A stretch of DNA of 64,000 bases, taken from assembly GCF_053078305.1 (NCBI RefSeq), contig NZ_CP166879.1; one strand, 5' to 3'. The position numbers and the translations under genes are program-made. The notes under the pieces were generated by a model. The model had not been told where the DNA came from and did no database searches. It saw only the letters and a list, made by a program, of their open reading frames with translations. Below, piece after piece: positions 9,967 to 26,788 of this stretch. Within the stretch, counting starts at the first letter, position 1. Each line of letters opens with the position of its first letter.

Positions 9967-12408
9967 TCACTCTGCCACTTTTTTCTTCGCCGCACGCTTC
10001 GCTTTGGTCGCTGCAGCTATTTTCTGCGTTTTCGCCGATGGCTTTTTCGCTTTTCTCGCGTCTTTCTTCGCTGCTTTCGGCTTCGTTTTTTTCTCACCGC
10101 GGAAGGCGCTGTCTGGCTCAAAGTTTACCTTTTTACCGACCTGACGACGCTTGCCGCCTTTTTTACCTGTATCGCCTTTTTTCGCTTTCTCGCGCGCCGT
10201 TTTACCGACGTTGCGCGGTGCGCGTTCGCTGGAGATCAGGCTAAAGTCGATTTTGCGCTCGTCCATATTAACCGCTTCGACGCGAACTTCCACGCGATCG
10301 CCCAGACGATAAGTCTGGCCGCTGGATTCACCCATCAGGCGTTGCCCTACCTGGTCAAAGCGATAGTAGTCATTGTCCAGCGAAGAGACATGGACCAGAC
10401 CATCAATGAATAAGTCGTCCAGACGGACAAAGAATCCAAAGCCAGTGACGCTGGAAATTACGCCTTTAAAGACGTTACCTACCTGGTCGAGCATAAAGTC
10501 ACACTTCAGCCAGTCAGCCACATCGCGCGTTGCTTCGTCGGCACGACGTTCTGCCATCGAACAGTGCTGACCCAGTTGCAGCATCTCTTCCATCGAATAA
10601 TGGTAGCCGCCGGTTTCAGTGGTGTTACCCTGATGCCCCTGCTCTTTCGCCAGCAGATATTTAATGGCGCGGTGCAGCGTCAGGTCTGGATAACGACGAA
10701 TCGGCGAAGTAAAGTGCGCATAGGACTGCAATGCCAGGCCAAAGTGACCACGGTTTTCTGGATCGTAAATCGCCTGTTTCATCGAGCGCAGCAGCATGGT
10801 TTGCAGCATTTCTGCATCAGGACGATCGGCAACCGACTCCAGCAGCTCCGCGTAGTCACGCGGTTCCGGCTTGTTACCGCCCGGCAGTTCCAGCCCCAGC
10901 TCCGCCAGCACTGAACGGAAAGAGGTAATCGCTTCGGTGCTCGGCTTGTCGTGAATACGGAACAGTGCCGGTTCTTTCGCTTTCTCAACGAAACGCGCCG
11001 CCGAGATATTCGCCAGAATCATGCACTCTTCAATTAACTTGTGCGCGTCGTTACGCTGAGTCTGTTCGATACGCTCAATACGGCGTTCAGCGTTGAAAAT
11101 GAACTTCGCTTCTTCGCTCTCAAATGAGATCCCACCGCGTTCTTCACGGGCTTTATCCAGCACTTTATAGAGGTTATGCAACTCCTCGAGATGCTTAACC
11201 AGCGGGGCGTACTGCTCGCACAGATCCTGATCGCCCTGCAGAATATGCCAGACTTTGGTGTAGGTCAGACGCGCGTGAGAGCTCATCACCGCTTCGTAGA
11301 ATTTGTAGCCAGTCAGGCGGCCTTTCGACGAAACCGTCATCTCGCACACCATACACAGGCGGTCTACCTGCGGATTGAGCGAGCACAGACCGTTAGAGAG
11401 CACTTCCGGCAGCATCGGGATAACCTGCGAAGGGAAGTACACCGACGTACCACGGTTACGCGCTTCTCTGTCCAGCGGCGTTGGCGGACGCACATAGTAG
11501 CTGACGTCGGCAATCGCGACCCATAAACGCCAGCCGCCGCCGCGTTTTTTCTCGCAGTAAACTGCATCGTCAAAGTCACGGGCGTCTTCGCCATCAATGG
11601 TGACCAGCGGTAAATCGCGCAGATCAACACGGCCCGCTTTTGCTTCTTCCGGCACTTCTTCTTTCAGCCCGGCAACCTGTTGCTCAACAGCCTGCGGCCA
11701 GATGTACGGAATTTCATGGGTACGCAGAGCGATATCAACCGCCATGCCGGTGCCCATATTATCGCCAAGGACTTCGACGATTTTACCCACCGCTTTGGTG
11801 CGGCGAGTCGGACGCTGAGTCAGTTCGACTACGACCACAAAGCCCATCCGCGCGCCCATGATCTGATCGGGCGGGATTAAGATATCGAAGCTCAGACGGC
11901 TGTCGTCAGGAACCACAAAGCCGACGCCCGCTTCGGTAAAGTAGCGACCAACAATCTGGCTGGTTTTTGGCACCAGTACGCGGACAATACGCGCTTCACG
12001 ACGACCTTTACGGTCAGCACCCAGCGGCTGAGCCAGCACCTGATCGCCATGAATGCAGGTTTTCATCTGCTCGCTGGAGAGATACAAATCATCTTTACGC
12101 CCTTCAACCCGCAGAAAGCCGTAGCCATCACGGTGGCCAATAACGGTACCTTTCACCAGGTCGAGGCGTTCCGGCAGCGCATAGCACTGACGACGAGTAA
12201 AGACCAGTTGACCATCGCGCTCCATCGCGCGCAGGCGGCGACGCAGGCCTTCAAGCTGCTCTTCGCCTTCAATGTGCAGTTCTACCGCCAGCTCATCACG
12301 GCTGGCCGGTTTTTCACGTTTGGTTAAATGTTCGAGGATAAATTCCCGACTAGGGATGGGATTCGCGTATTTTTCAGCTTCGCGTTCCTGGAAAGGATCT
12401 TGTGACAT
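9967..12408 (-). CDS. rnr: ribonuclease R (3'-5' exoribonuclease) with lysine-rich C-terminal tail
   Basis: ORF 9967..12450; start placed at ATG 12408 ([10 protein letters not shown]...) for 813 aa; RNB-family nuclease with S1 domain and basic tail. Confidence 0.93.
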   Translation of the reverse strand: MSQDPFQEREAEKYANPIPSREFILEHLTKREKPASRDELAVELHIEGEEQLEGLRRRLRAMERDGQLVFTRRQCYALPERLDLVKGTVIGHRDGYGFLRVEGRKDDLYLSSEQMKTCIHGDQVLAQPLGADRKGRREARIVRVLVPKTSQIVGRYFTEAGVGFVVPDDSRLSFDILIPPDQIMGARMGFVVVVELTQRPTRRTKAVGKIVEVLGDNMGTGMAVDIALRTHEIPYIWPQAVEQQVAGLKEEVPEEAKAGRVDLRDLPLVTIDGEDARDFDDAVYCEKKRGGGWRLWVAIADVSYYVRPPTPLDREARNRGTSVYFPSQVIPMLPEVLSNGLCSLNPQVDRLCMVCEMTVSSKGRLTGYKFYEAVMSSHARLTYTKVWHILQGDQDLCEQYAPLVKHLEELHNLYKVLDKAREERGGISFESEEAKFIFNAERRIERIEQTQRNDAHKLIEECMILANISAARFVEKAKEPALFRIHDKPSTEAITSFRSVLAELGLELPGGNKPEPRDYAELLESVADRPDAEMLQTMLLRSMKQAIYDPENRGHFGLALQSYAHFTSPIRRYPDLTLHRAIKYLLAKEQGHQGNTTETGGYHYSMEEMLQLGQHCSMAERRADEATRDVADWLKCDFMLDQVGNVFKGVISSVTGFGFFVRLDDLFIDGLVHVSSLDNDYYRFDQVGQRLMGESSGQTYRLGDRVEVRVEAVNMDERKIDFSLISSERAPRNVGKTAREKAKKGDTGKKGGKRRQVGKKVNFEPDSAFRGEKKTKPKAAKKDARKAKKPSAKTQKIAAATKAKRAAKKKVAE

Positions 12409-12446
12409 CTCGGTTCCTCCGTTGTCATCTCTGATGAAGATTTTCG

Positions 12447-12872
12447 TCACTCCACCAGCAATAATTTATAAAGCGGTTGATTCTCTTCAACCAAATCGGC
12501 AAGCGTGTAGTTATCCAGTTCCGTAAGAAAACTTTGCACGGCCTTAGAAAGCGCCTGTTTCAACCGACAGGCAGGTGTAATGTGGCAAAACTCACTGCTG
12601 CAATTCACCAGCGATAAGGGCTCCAGCTCGCGCACCACATCACCAATACGTATCGCACTCGCCGGTTTACCCAGGCGAATGCCGCCATTTTTTCCACGAA
12701 CAGCAGTCACGTAGCCGGCACGACTAAGTTGATTGATTATTTTGACCATATGATTACGGGAGACGCCGTAGACGTCAGTCACTTCAGAAATACTGGTCAT
12801 CCGCCCTTCTGGCAATGACGCCATGTAGATCAGCGCACGTAATCCGTAATCAGTGAAACTCGTTAACTGCAC
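12447..12872 (-). CDS. nsrR: nitric-oxide-sensing Rrf2-family repressor NsrR
   Basis: ORF 141 aa; wHTH with three C-terminal cysteines (Fe-S cluster ligands). Confidence 0.92.
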
Positions 12873-13076
12873 ATCAACCTCAAAAGGGAAATCGGGAAAA
12901 AATACATTTATATTGATGATAAACCAGCCACAAGCTGTGTCGCTAATTTATTTCAGTTCGGGGAAGGAAAAAAGCGAGGATTTAACACTGTGTCGGATAG
13001 CGTAATGGCTTAACCGACACAGCAATGTATCACACTGTTAGCCCGGCAGGCAAAATATCTGCCAGGCGTACCAGAA

Positions 13077-14378
<1,302 letters not shown>

Positions 14379-14478
14379 TCAAAATCACCGTTTGCTTAAA
14401 AATGGATTCTACCATCGCTTTTTCAGAGTTACAGCACTTTTTGCACTCAAAAATGACCTCGATCAGTCTGTTTTTTGT

Positions 14479-14676
14479 TCAGCCAATCGTTTTCCTCAAC
14501 ATGTAGTAGACCACAACGCCCGCAACCACAAGTCCACCGCCAAAACGACGTAAAATATTATCGGGCAAATTGGTCATCGCAGAGATCATCTTCTTCCATG
14601 CCTTCGGGTAAAGCATCGGCCCTAAACCTTCCAGTACCAAAACCAGGGCAAGCGCCAGCCAGATTGTCGAATTCAT
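14479..14676 (-). CDS. yjeT: DUF2065 small membrane protein YjeT
   Basis: ORF 65 aa, two hydrophobic segments; synteny between purA and hflC. Confidence 0.8.
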   Translation of the reverse strand: MNSTIWLALALVLVLEGLGPMLYPKAWKKMISAMTNLPDNILRRFGGGLVVAGVVVYYMLRKTIG

Positions 14677-14757
14677 TCATTATCCTTATAGAAAAAGAAA
14701 ACCACCGACATCCCTGAGGATGCGGTGGCTTTATTGACCTGTACCGCAGTCGTTATA

Positions 14758-15762
14758 TTAACGCGTTGCGGAAGTCGGCGTCTTCATGTAGCGGAAGAAA
14801 TCGCTATCCGGGCTCATGACCATCACGTCCTGATTGCCAGAGAAGCTGTTCTCATAAGCACGCAGGCTACGGATGAATGCGTAGAAGTCCGGATCTTTAC
14901 TGAATGCATCAGCAAACAGTTTGGCTGCTTCGGCATCGCCTTCACCACGCATGATACGGCCCTGACGCTCAGCTTCTGCCAGCGTTCTGGTCACTTCATA
15001 GTCGGCAGTCGCGCGCAGTTTTTCCGCTTCTTCCTGACCTTGTGAACGGTGACGACGCGCTACCGCTTCACGCTCGGCGCGCATACGGTTGTAGATCGCT
15101 TCAGACACTTCGGTCGGCAGGTTGATCTGCTTGATACGCACATCGACAACTTCAATACCCAGCGCCGCCATACTGTTCGGGTTGATGACCGGAACTTTGC
15201 CCTTCGTCTCAGCCGTTACGCGCTCTGCCGCTTCGGCAATGGCGTTATCTGCCGCCGGGGTAGTAACTTCATCTTCTGTACCCGCAGAACCGGAGTTCAG
15301 CGCGTCACGTACTTCGAGGGTCAGACGACCACGGGAATCAGTGACGATATCTTTCACGTCCAGGCGACCAATTTCAGAACGCAGACGGTCAGAGAACTTA
15401 CGTTTCAACAGCACTTCCGCTTGCGAAATGTCGCCACCACCCGTTGCCAGGTAGTAACGGCTGAAATCGCTGATGCGCCATTTGATGTAAGAGTCGACGA
15501 TCAGGTCTTTCTTCTCTTTGGTCACAAAGCGGTCGGCCTGGTTGTCCATGGTCTGAATACGTGCGTCGAGCATTTTCACCGTTTCAATGAACGGTATCTT
15601 GAAATGCAGACCCGGCTCATAAACCAGAGGTTTGTTGTCATCGTCACGCAGTACCTTACCAAAACGCAGCGTAATACCGCGCTCACCTTCTTTGACGACA
15701 AAGACAGACATGTAAAGCACTACCAGCACGATGATAATAATCGCGATAACTGACTTACGCAT
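14758..15762 (-). CDS. hflC: FtsH protease modulator HflC (SPFH/band-7)
   Basis: ORF 334 aa; N-terminal TM anchor plus SPFH domain. Confidence 0.95.
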   Translation of the reverse strand: MRKSVIAIIIIVLVVLYMSVFVVKEGERGITLRFGKVLRDDDNKPLVYEPGLHFKIPFIETVKMLDARIQTMDNQADRFVTKEKKDLIVDSYIKWRISDFSRYYLATGGGDISQAEVLLKRKFSDRLRSEIGRLDVKDIVTDSRGRLTLEVRDALNSGSAGTEDEVTTPAADNAIAEAAERVTAETKGKVPVINPNSMAALGIEVVDVRIKQINLPTEVSEAIYNRMRAEREAVARRHRSQGQEEAEKLRATADYEVTRTLAEAERQGRIMRGEGDAEAAKLFADAFSKDPDFYAFIRSLRAYENSFSGNQDVMVMSPDSDFFRYMKTPTSATR

Positions 15763-15764
15763 CG

Positions 15765-17024
15765 TTATTCCCCCTGACGCTGGTAGTCGTTACGCTGCGC
15801 GTTGGCGCGGCGTTGGTCCATAATATCGCCCTGACTGGTGGACGACGTGTTGCTTGCTCCACTGGTTGTGGAGGAAGAGGCTGGCGGCAGACGCAGCAGA
15901 TTGCTGGCACCGTTATCGCTCTTCGCTGCAGGGGCGTTACCACCTTTCAGCATCTGGTCTAACGGCAGAACCATCAGGTTGCCACCTTTATCGTTAACCA
16001 GCACTTTGCGGGTGTTGCCCAACACTTTTTCCATCGTCTCGATATACAGACGCTCGCGAGTAATTTCCGGCGCAGCTTTATATTCCGGCAGAAGTTTAGC
16101 AAAGCGCGCCACTTCACCCTGGGCTTCCAGGATGGTCTGGGCCTTGTACGCACGCGCCTCTTCGAGGATACGTTGCGCCTGACCGTTCGCACGCGGCTGA
16201 ACTTCGTTGGTATACGCTTCTGCTTCACGAATGTATTGCTGTTCGTTTTCACGCGCGGCAATCGCATCGTCAAACGCCGCTTTTACTTCTTCCGGCGGAC
16301 GAGCAGCCTGGAAGTTGACGTCCAGCAGCGTGATACCCATGTCATACGGACGAATCGTCTCTTCCAGTTCGCGCTGAGTATCGCTACGAATCACGGTACG
16401 ACCTTCCGTCAGAATGCGGTCCATGGTGTATTTACCGATAACTCCACGCAGGGCGCTGTCGGTAGCCTGACGCAGGCTGTCATCCGGGCTGGTCACGCTA
16501 TACAGATATTTTTCCGGATTGGTGACGCGGTACTGCACGTTCATCTCAACGCGCACTACGTTCTCGTCCGACGTCAGCATCACACCAGAAGCGGCCAGTT
16601 CACGCACGGCTTCCACGTTCACCGGTTTGACTTCGTCGATAAACGTCGGTTTCCAGTTCAGACCCGGCTCAACCAGATGGCTGAATTTACCAAAGCGTGT
16701 TACCACGCCGCGTTCGGCTTCTTTAATGGTATAGAAACCACTGGCCGCCCAGATAATGACAATCGCTGCCGCTGCGATGGTAACGACACGACCGCCAAGC
16801 TGCGGGCGCGGGCCTTGCGATGAACTGCCACCGCCAGATCCGGTGCCTTTACCGCCGCCCAGACCACCGAGCTTTTTGCTCAGTTTGCGGAAGATATCAT
16901 CTAAATCAGGTGGCCCTTGATCGCGACCGCCTTTGTTTCCATTTCCCTCAGAGTTGCCGCCAGGTTTGCTGCTTCCCCACGGGTCGCGGTCTTGTCCGTT
17001 ATTACCGGGCTGATTCCACGCCAT
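15765..17024 (-). CDS. hflK: FtsH protease modulator HflK (SPFH/band-7)
   Basis: ORF 419 aa; Gly-rich N-terminus, SPFH domain; 2-nt gap to hflC. Confidence 0.95.
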   Translation of the reverse strand: MAWNQPGNNGQDRDPWGSSKPGGNSEGNGNKGGRDQGPPDLDDIFRKLSKKLGGLGGGKGTGSGGGSSSQGPRPQLGGRVVTIAAAAIVIIWAASGFYTIKEAERGVVTRFGKFSHLVEPGLNWKPTFIDEVKPVNVEAVRELAASGVMLTSDENVVRVEMNVQYRVTNPEKYLYSVTSPDDSLRQATDSALRGVIGKYTMDRILTEGRTVIRSDTQRELEETIRPYDMGITLLDVNFQAARPPEEVKAAFDDAIAARENEQQYIREAEAYTNEVQPRANGQAQRILEEARAYKAQTILEAQGEVARFAKLLPEYKAAPEITRERLYIETMEKVLGNTRKVLVNDKGGNLMVLPLDQMLKGGNAPAAKSDNGASNLLRLPPASSSTTSGASNTSSTSQGDIMDQRRANAQRNDYQRQGE

Positions 17025-17109
17025 GTTTGTGCTCCATATTTGTTATGCGGTGATCCCTGTTGTCTTTCGACGCCAGAGGATATGACTCCACGCTTCAGAC
17101 GCTACGCCG

Positions 17110-18390
17110 TTAGATCAGGTAATCGATCAACGCCGGTTCTTGTTTACAGAGGCGACGCCAGTCAACGATCGGCATACGAACTTGCAGACTTACGCTGCCG
17201 TCCTCCTCCATCCACTCTTTTTCTATTGCCTGAAGCTGATAAAAACGACTTCTCAGACGCCCTTCCTGCGGTGGCAGACGCAATGTATGCTGCGCCACCT
17301 CGCCGGAAAGCCGCTCCGTCAAAGCCTGAAAAAGCTGTGGTATCCCCGCTCCGGTCTGTGCGGAAAGCCAGACACGGATCGGTTTGTTCTCTTCGTCCCG
17401 ATCAATACGCGGTTCGAAATCTTCCAGCATATCGATCTTGTTCATCACCAGCAGGGTTGGGATCTCGTGAGCGTCGATCTCTTCAAGAACCGTATTCACC
17501 GCTTCGATGTTTTCTTGTACACGCACATCCGCCGCATCAATGACATGCAGCAGTAATGTGGCTTGCCGCGTCTCTTGTAACGTGGCTTTAAATGCTGCCA
17601 CCAGATCGTGCGGCAGGTGGCGAATAAACCCTACGGTATCTGCCAACACGGTTTCACCGACATCTGCAACGTCAATACGCCGCAACGTCGGGTCGAGGGT
17701 GGCAAACAACTGGTCTGCCGCGTAGACCCGCGCTTCGGTGATGCGATTGAAAAGGGTAGATTTACCGGCGTTGGTATATCCCACCAGCGAAACAGTAGGA
17801 ACGTCGGCTTTGATACGCGATTGCCGCCCCTGCTCACGCTGCTTTTCAACTCTTTCCAGGCGCGACTGTATCTGCACGATGCGATTACGCAACAAACGAC
17901 GGTCGGTTTCGAGCTGGGTTTCACCCGGACCACGCAAACCTATCCCGCCTTTCTGTCTTTCAAGGTGGGTCCAGCCACGCACCAGGCGCGTAGCCAGATG
18001 GCGCAGCTGCGCCAGCTCAACCTGCAACTTACCCTCATGGGTACGCGCACGTTGGGCGAAAATATCTAAAATAAGGCCGGTGCGGTCGATAACACGACAC
18101 TCGCACAAACGCTCCAGGTTACGCTCTTGCGCCGGGCTCAGGGCATGGTCAAAAAGAACGACCGAAGCACCCGTCGCTTTGACAGCTTCCGCAATTTCAA
18201 CTGCTTTACCTTCACCTACAAAATACTTTGGGTGCGGCGCTTTACGGCTACCGGTAATCACCTGCAATGCTTCGACACCGGCGGAAGAGACCAGAGATTC
18301 AAACTCCTGGAGGTCTTCCATATCTTTGTCTTGCGTAAAATAGATGTGTACCAGTACCGCCTGCTCACCAGCATCATAACGGTCAAACAA
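17110..18390 (-). CDS. hflX: ribosome-associated GTPase HflX
   Basis: ORF 426 aa; G-domain motifs GYTNAGKST and DTVG. Confidence 0.95.
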   Translation of the reverse strand: MFDRYDAGEQAVLVHIYFTQDKDMEDLQEFESLVSSAGVEALQVITGSRKAPHPKYFVGEGKAVEIAEAVKATGASVVLFDHALSPAQERNLERLCECRVIDRTGLILDIFAQRARTHEGKLQVELAQLRHLATRLVRGWTHLERQKGGIGLRGPGETQLETDRRLLRNRIVQIQSRLERVEKQREQGRQSRIKADVPTVSLVGYTNAGKSTLFNRITEARVYAADQLFATLDPTLRRIDVADVGETVLADTVGFIRHLPHDLVAAFKATLQETRQATLLLHVIDAADVRVQENIEAVNTVLEEIDAHEIPTLLVMNKIDMLEDFEPRIDRDEENKPIRVWLSAQTGAGIPQLFQALTERLSGEVAQHTLRLPPQEGRLRSRFYQLQAIEKEWMEEDGSVSLQVRMPIVDWRRLCKQEPALIDYLI

Positions 18391-18466
18391 GCGTATAACC
18401 CTCTAAATAGATCAGCGGGGAACGCAGGATCGCTGGCTCCCCGTGTAAAAAAAACAGCCCGAAACC

Positions 18467-18787
<321 letters not shown>

Positions 18788-18860
18788 TTATATGCTTATT
18801 TGTACTTTGAACCTTTCGATTCTGAAAAAATTGCGCACGATACGTCTCAATTGTACACAT

Positions 18861-19811
18861 TCAGCCTGCGATAGCACCAACAACCTGTAATACTTCGTCA
18901 CGCGCCTGTTCTGGTTTTTCACTATCAAGCCAGTGAACCCCTTCCCAACCACGCAGCCAGGTTATCTGCCGCTTCGCCAACTGTCTCGTGGCGCAAACAC
19001 CTCGATAAACCATTTCATCGTATGAGATTTCGCCTTCAAGGTAAGACCACATCTGGCGATAACCCACGCAACGAATGGAAGGCAAGTCCGTATGCAAATC
19101 TCCTCGGGCAAAAAGCGCCCGGACTTCTGCTTCAAAACCTGAAGCCAACATCTGATGAAAACGCTGCTCAATGCGTTGATGGAGCAGTTCACGGCTCGCC
19201 GGGGCGATGGCGAACTGATGCACCTGATACGGTAGAGCGTCTCCTGACGTTTGCGTCAGTTCCGTTAAAGTTTTACCCGAAATGAAAAAAACTTCCAGTG
19301 CCCGGGAAAGCCTTTGTGGATCATTTGGATGAATCCTTGCTGCCGCAACCGGATCGATCTCCTGAAGTTGACGATGCAATGACTCCCAACCTTGCTCTGC
19401 CGCCTGTTGCTCAATTCTGGCCCGTACTTCCGGGTCTGCCGACGGTAGCGGCGACAACCCTTCCAGCAATGCCTTGAAATACAACATCGTACCGCCCACT
19501 AACAGTGGGATCCGCCCCGCCGCGGTGATATCGGCCATTTCCGCCAGCGCATCGCGGCGAAAATCAGCAGCCGAGTAAGCCTGCGACGGATCGCGAATAT
19601 CCAGCAATCGGTGCGGCGCGGCGAGTAACTCTTCAGCGTTCGGCTTCGCCGTCCCGATATCCATCCCTTTGTAAATAAGGGCAGAATCAACGCTTATCAA
19701 CTCTACTGGTAAAATTTTACGCAGCTCAATGGCTAACGCCGTTTTACCGGAGGCCGTCGGCCCCATCAAAAAAATCGCCTTAGGCAGGCTCGCCTTACTG
19801 ATATCACTCAT
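18861..19811 (-). CDS. miaA: tRNA dimethylallyltransferase MiaA
   Basis: ORF 316 aa; P-loop GPTASGKT; overlaps the mutL stop by 8 nt. Confidence 0.95.
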
Positions 19812-21651
19812 CTTTCAGGGCTTTTATCGCCGGATGTAAATCAACAGATTGTAACAGACCACCCGGCGGCGTTTTCACAAGTTGCGGACATAACCGTTCC
19901 ACGTCCGCCAGCAGGGTTATGGCCTGTGCCATTGACCACTGCGCATGTTCGCTCATCAGATTTCGTGCAATCCACTGCGCAATATTGCCAGGTTCGAATA
20001 CGGACTGCTTCGCCAGGTAGCCTATCAGTTCAGGAATCAAGATTTGTAAATTTTGTTGGCGTAAGGGTAAAGGCACGGCCCTGATGGTCACATGCTGTGC
20101 ATCTGACTGGAAATCAATACCCAATTCCGCCAGGGCAGACTGCGCTTTTTCTAATGCCGATTTTTCTTCGCCAGAAACTTTTAGCCGCAACGGAATCAGC
20201 AACGGCTGGGCGCAAACGGGCGCTTCACCCGGCGTCAGTTGTACCTGACGCAGCCAACGTTCTGCCACTGGCAAGGCTAAAAGTGAAATGTTGCCGTCGC
20301 GCTCCAGCAACGCACAGTCGGAATGGACGATAGTCAGTACCCGACCAAAACTCTGACTGTTCGCCGCAAGTGCAGGTTCCTGCGGTTCCGGCGCTTTTGG
20401 TTTTTGCATCGGCGCGGGCGTTTGCAAAAGCTGGCGATACACTTCACCTTGCTGTTTCTGGTAACCTGGCTGCGCATTCGGCCAGGGGGCAGCCGGACGA
20501 CTGCCTGATGCTGGCGCAGGAGTGTAGCGCGGAGCTACTGGCTCACGAACTGCCGGTTCAGCAAAGTGATTGCGCCCCGCCGCCACGCGGTTTTCCGGAA
20601 TGGCACGCGGTGCAGGTTGTGGTTCATCGTCCAGCGGTAGCGGCGTTTCCAGTTGCTGTTGTAGCACGCTCAGCACGCCCTGATAGATAAAATCATGCAC
20701 CAGACGCGACTGATGGAAACGCACTTCGTGTTTGGCGGGGTGTACGTTGACGTCCACCTGATGCGGGTCGATCTCCAGATACAGCACAAATGCCGGTTGT
20801 TGATCGGCCCCCAGTTTGTCTTCACAGGCCTGGCGGATCGCATGATTGATCAGGCGATCGCGCATCATGCGACCATTCACGTAGCAATACTGAATTTCTG
20901 CCAGGGCGGGCGTGGTGTGATTCGGATCGGCCACCCAGCCGCGCAGGGTGAGATCGCCGTGTTGCCATTCAATCGCCAGCGCTTGTTCGAGAAAAGCGGT
21001 GCCACAAATCGCGCCTAAGCGCCGTTCTTTTTGCCCGCCTTCCGGCACTGCGCGGTACTGACGCACAATTTTACCGTTATGCGACAGGTTGATCGTGACG
21101 TCGAAACGCGCCAGCGCAATGCGGCGGATGATTTCATCGATATGGTTAAATTCGGTTTTCTCGGTGCGCAGGAATTTGCGCCGCGCCGGGGTGTTGTAGA
21201 ACAGATCCAGCACCTCCAGCGTCGTTCCCACCGGATGCGCCGCCGGTTTAACCGTCACGTCCATATCGCGCCCTTCGGCATAGGCCTGCCAGGCTTCCTG
21301 CTGTTCTGCGGTGCGTGAAGTGAGCGTCAGGCGGGAAACCGAACTGATACTCGCCAGCGCCTCACCGCGAAAGCCAAGGCTGATAATGGCTTCGAGATCG
21401 TCCAGAGAGGCGATTTTACTGGTGGCATGACGAGCCAGCGCCAGCGCCAGCTCATCTTTTTTGATACCGCAGCCGTTATCACGAATGCGGATAAGTTTCG
21501 CCCCACCGCGTTCGATATCAATATCGATACGCGTCGCACCTGCATCGAGGCTGTTTTCCACCAGTTCTTTGACTACCGACGCAGGTCGCTCGACCACCTC
21601 ACCTGCGGCAATCTGGTTCGCCAGTTGTGGCGGTAAGACCTGAATTGGCAT
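19804..21651 (-). CDS. mutL: DNA mismatch repair protein MutL
   Basis: ORF 19804..21654; GHKL ATPase N-domain; start at second ATG (21651) for 615 aa. Confidence 0.95.
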
Positions 21652-21660
21652 CAATCGTCC

Positions 21661-22998
21661 TTAGTTTGGCAGCGTGCGATCTGGCGTCGTCACCGTACTG
21701 GCAGTTTGTGCCGTTGCCCCCTGCGGCGCAGATTGCATCGGATGCGCAAGGAAATAATTGCGCAGGCCTTTGTAAATGGCTTCTGCCAGCTGTTGTTGGT
21801 AATCGTCGCTCGCCAGCAAACGTTCTTCGCTGTTGTTGCTGATAAAACCGGTTTCGACCAGTACTGATGGGATATCCGGCGAACGCAGAACGCCAAGGCT
21901 GGCATGTTCTGGCCGACGTTTATGTATTTCGCCAATGCGTTGCAACTGACTGATCATACTGGTCGCTACATCATACCCTACCCGCTGGGAATGACCGAAC
22001 TGTAAATCCAGCACCGCCTGGCTTAAATAGGGGTCAGACTGACTGTTCGCCAGCACATCACCCGCCCCGCCCAGCAGCTCCGACTGTTTCTCGTGCTGCT
22101 CCAGCCAGCTGGCCATTTCGCTGTTGGCGCGACGGTTAGAGAGCACCCATACGGAAGCGCCAGTCGCACTGCGGTTCGGTGCGGCATCAGCGTGAATCGA
22201 CACGAGGAAATTGGCGTTTTGCTTACGTGCCACATCACTGCGCCCCATCACCGAGATAAAGTAATCCCCGTCACGGGTTAAAACGCCTTTAAACATCGGA
22301 TCGTCATTGAGCAAAGTACGCAATTTACGCGCGATGGCGATGGTAACATTTTTCTCCCGCGTACCACCGGGGCCGATAGCGCCAGGGTCCTGACCGCCGT
22401 GTCCGGCATCAATAGCGATGATAATTTTATCGCCAGTGTTAGCCGTCGCGCGCGCTGCCGGACGCGTTACCGTATTACTGCTGATAACACCCGTAGTGCG
22501 GTTACTTTCCATTTTAAACGGATTGCGCGCCGGTTCGCTGACGCGCGGTGCGACAACCGCAGGCGTTTCAACGCGTTTCGCAACCACGGGCGGCGGAGGA
22601 GGCGGTGGCGGCACATCGGCGTTAATCGTAAAGACGACAGTGTAATTGCTGCCATTCTGCCGCTTCACCGCTTCGGTTTTACCGTTTTCGGTAAGATCGA
22701 CCACCAGCCGTAGCGTTTGTGCATCTTTAGGCGTTCCAGAGCGAATCGCCTTCACCAGATTATTGCCGCTGAACAACAACGGCAGTCCCTGAATCACGCC
22801 CGTTTGTTTGATATCGAGCGCCACGGTGCGTTTGCTTTGATGGCTAAACGCATAATCAGGATCGCCAATAAAACTCAACGTTATCCGCGCCTGTTGATTA
22901 CCGTTAGAAACCTGAATATCAGAGAGCGTCGCGGCACCCACCTGCGCGCACAGCAGCAGCAACGTCGCTACCAACCAATTTCTGATGCGATACATCAT
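21661..22998 (-). CDS. amiB: N-acetylmuramoyl-L-alanine amidase AmiB
   Basis: ORF 21661..23013; start at ATG 22998 (MMYRIRNW...) for 445 aa; signal peptide, AMIN domain, eight-proline linker, amidase_3 domain. Confidence 0.93.
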   Translation of the reverse strand: MMYRIRNWLVATLLLLCAQVGAATLSDIQVSNGNQQARITLSFIGDPDYAFSHQSKRTVALDIKQTGVIQGLPLLFSGNNLVKAIRSGTPKDAQTLRLVVDLTENGKTEAVKRQNGSNYTVVFTINADVPPPPPPPPVVAKRVETPAVVAPRVSEPARNPFKMESNRTTGVISSNTVTRPAARATANTGDKIIIAIDAGHGGQDPGAIGPGGTREKNVTIAIARKLRTLLNDDPMFKGVLTRDGDYFISVMGRSDVARKQNANFLVSIHADAAPNRSATGASVWVLSNRRANSEMASWLEQHEKQSELLGGAGDVLANSQSDPYLSQAVLDLQFGHSQRVGYDVATSMISQLQRIGEIHKRRPEHASLGVLRSPDIPSVLVETGFISNNSEERLLASDDYQQQLAEAIYKGLRNYFLAHPMQSAPQGATAQTASTVTTPDRTLPN

Positions 22999-23016
22999 CC
23001 CGCCACCTTTCAAAGG

Positions 23017-24995
<1,979 letters not shown>

Positions 24996-24997
<2 letters not shown>

Positions 24998-26135
24998 GTC
25001 AGAGCCCCTCGATCTCAATCAGTTAGCGCAAAAAATTAAACAGTGGGGGCTGGAACTGGGCTTTCAGCAGGTAGGTATTACCGATACCGATCTCAGCGAG
25101 TCCGAGCCCAAACTGCAAGCATGGCTGGACAAACAATACCACGGCGAAATGGACTGGATGGCACGTCACGGTATGTTGCGCGCCCGCCCTCACGAATTAT
25201 TGCCCGGTACGCTGCGCGTGATCAGCGTGCGGATGAATTACCTTCCTGCTAACGCCGCATTTGCCAGCACGCTGAAAAACCCCAAACTCGGCTATGTCAG
25301 CCGTTATGCGCTGGGCCGTGACTATCACAAACTTCTGCGCAACCGACTCAAAAAGCTGGGCGAGATGATTCAGCAACATTGTGTTTCGCTGAATTTTAGA
25401 CCGTTTGTCGATTCTGCGCCTATTCTCGAGCGCCCGTTAGCTGAAAAAGCTGGGCTCGGCTGGACAGGTAAGCACTCACTTATCCTCAATCGCGAGGCCG
25501 GTTCGTTCTTCTTTTTAGGCGAATTGCTGGTCGATATTCCGCTGCCCGTGGATCAACCAGTCGAGGAAGGATGCGGCAAATGCGTGGCCTGTATGACGAT
25601 TTGCCCGACCGGTGCCATCGTCGAGCCATATACCGTCGATGCTCGCCGCTGTATCTCTTATCTCACCATCGAACTGGAAGGGGCGATCCCGGAAGGGTTG
25701 CGACCGTTAATGGGAAACCGTATTTACGGTTGCGATGACTGCCAGCTTATCTGCCCGTGGAATCGCTATTCACAACTCACTACAGAAGACGATTTCAGCC
25801 CGCGTAAGCCGCTACACGCACCGGAACTCATTGAGTTATTCGCCTGGAGCGAAGAGAAGTTTTTAAAAGTCACGGAAGGTTCGGCGATTCGCCGTATAGG
25901 TCACCTGCGCTGGCTGCGTAATATCGCCGTGGCATTAGGCAATGCGCCCTGGGATGAAACGATTCTGGCGGCGCTGGAGAGTCGCAAAGGTGAGCACCCA
26001 CTTCTTGATGAGCACATAGCGTGGGCGATGGCGCAGCAAATCGAGAGGCGAAATGCGTGCATAGTCGAAGTGCAATTGCCGAAAAAACAGCGTCTGGTTC
26101 GGGTGATTGAAAAAGGGTTACCGCGTGACGCCTGA
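24996..26135 (+). CDS. queG: epoxyqueuosine reductase QueG
   Basis: ORF 24888..26135; start at ATG 24996 (MSEPLDLNQL...) for 379 aa; two 4Fe-4S ferredoxin motifs (CGKCVACMTICP, CDDCQLICP). Confidence 0.9.
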
Positions 26136-26404
26136 TTCATCCACAGCTTGTGAATAAAAATAAAAACGCATTGCAATTCAAGACGAATAAAATCGTCAAG
26201 TGATCGACTCGACAAAACGGAATCTTAATTTTTAACTTACCTATCAATAGGTTAAAAAAATACTATTCACCGTGCGAAGTTTCTTTGAAATTAAGATTAC
26301 AGCCTGAGGCTGTGGATAACTCTGTTTACAAGAGTTTGTCAGAGACAACAAAAACCAGCAATAACGCATCGCGTCGCTGTGGATATTTTATTGAGAGAAG
26401 AATT

Positions 26405-26480
<76 letters not shown>

Positions 26481-26515
26481 TTGGGTGGTCTGTGCCTTAC
26501 AGCACTTTCAAATTT

Positions 26516-26591
<76 letters not shown>

Positions 26592-26627
26592 TTGGGTGGT
26601 CTGTGCTTTGCAGCACTTTTCAAATTT

Positions 26628-26703
<76 letters not shown>

Positions 26704-26760
26704 GTACTACTTAATTTTGCTTTCGTAATTTTCGCATTTCTGCGTCGTTACGGGAGGCGC

Positions 26761-26788
26761 ATTATACGAGAAATCTTTCCCTCTGCAA
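26761..26788 (-). promoter_or_regulatory. sigma-70 promoter of the glyVXY tRNA operon
   Basis: Minus strand reads TTGCAG - 16 nt - TATAAT followed by GC-rich discriminator gcgcc (stringent-type), about 50 nt upstream of glyV. Confidence 0.6.

Noticed and set aside
12986-13022. 9-bp inverted repeat (ctgtgtcgg ... ccgacacag) with a 17-nt loop between purA and nsrR
   Set aside because: Could be a purA terminator or an operator, but the T-run is displaced and I cannot assign it to a known binding-site consensus; too weak to call.
15049-16823. Plus-strand ORFs of 234 aa and 216 aa
   Set aside because: Antisense to hflC and hflK respectively.
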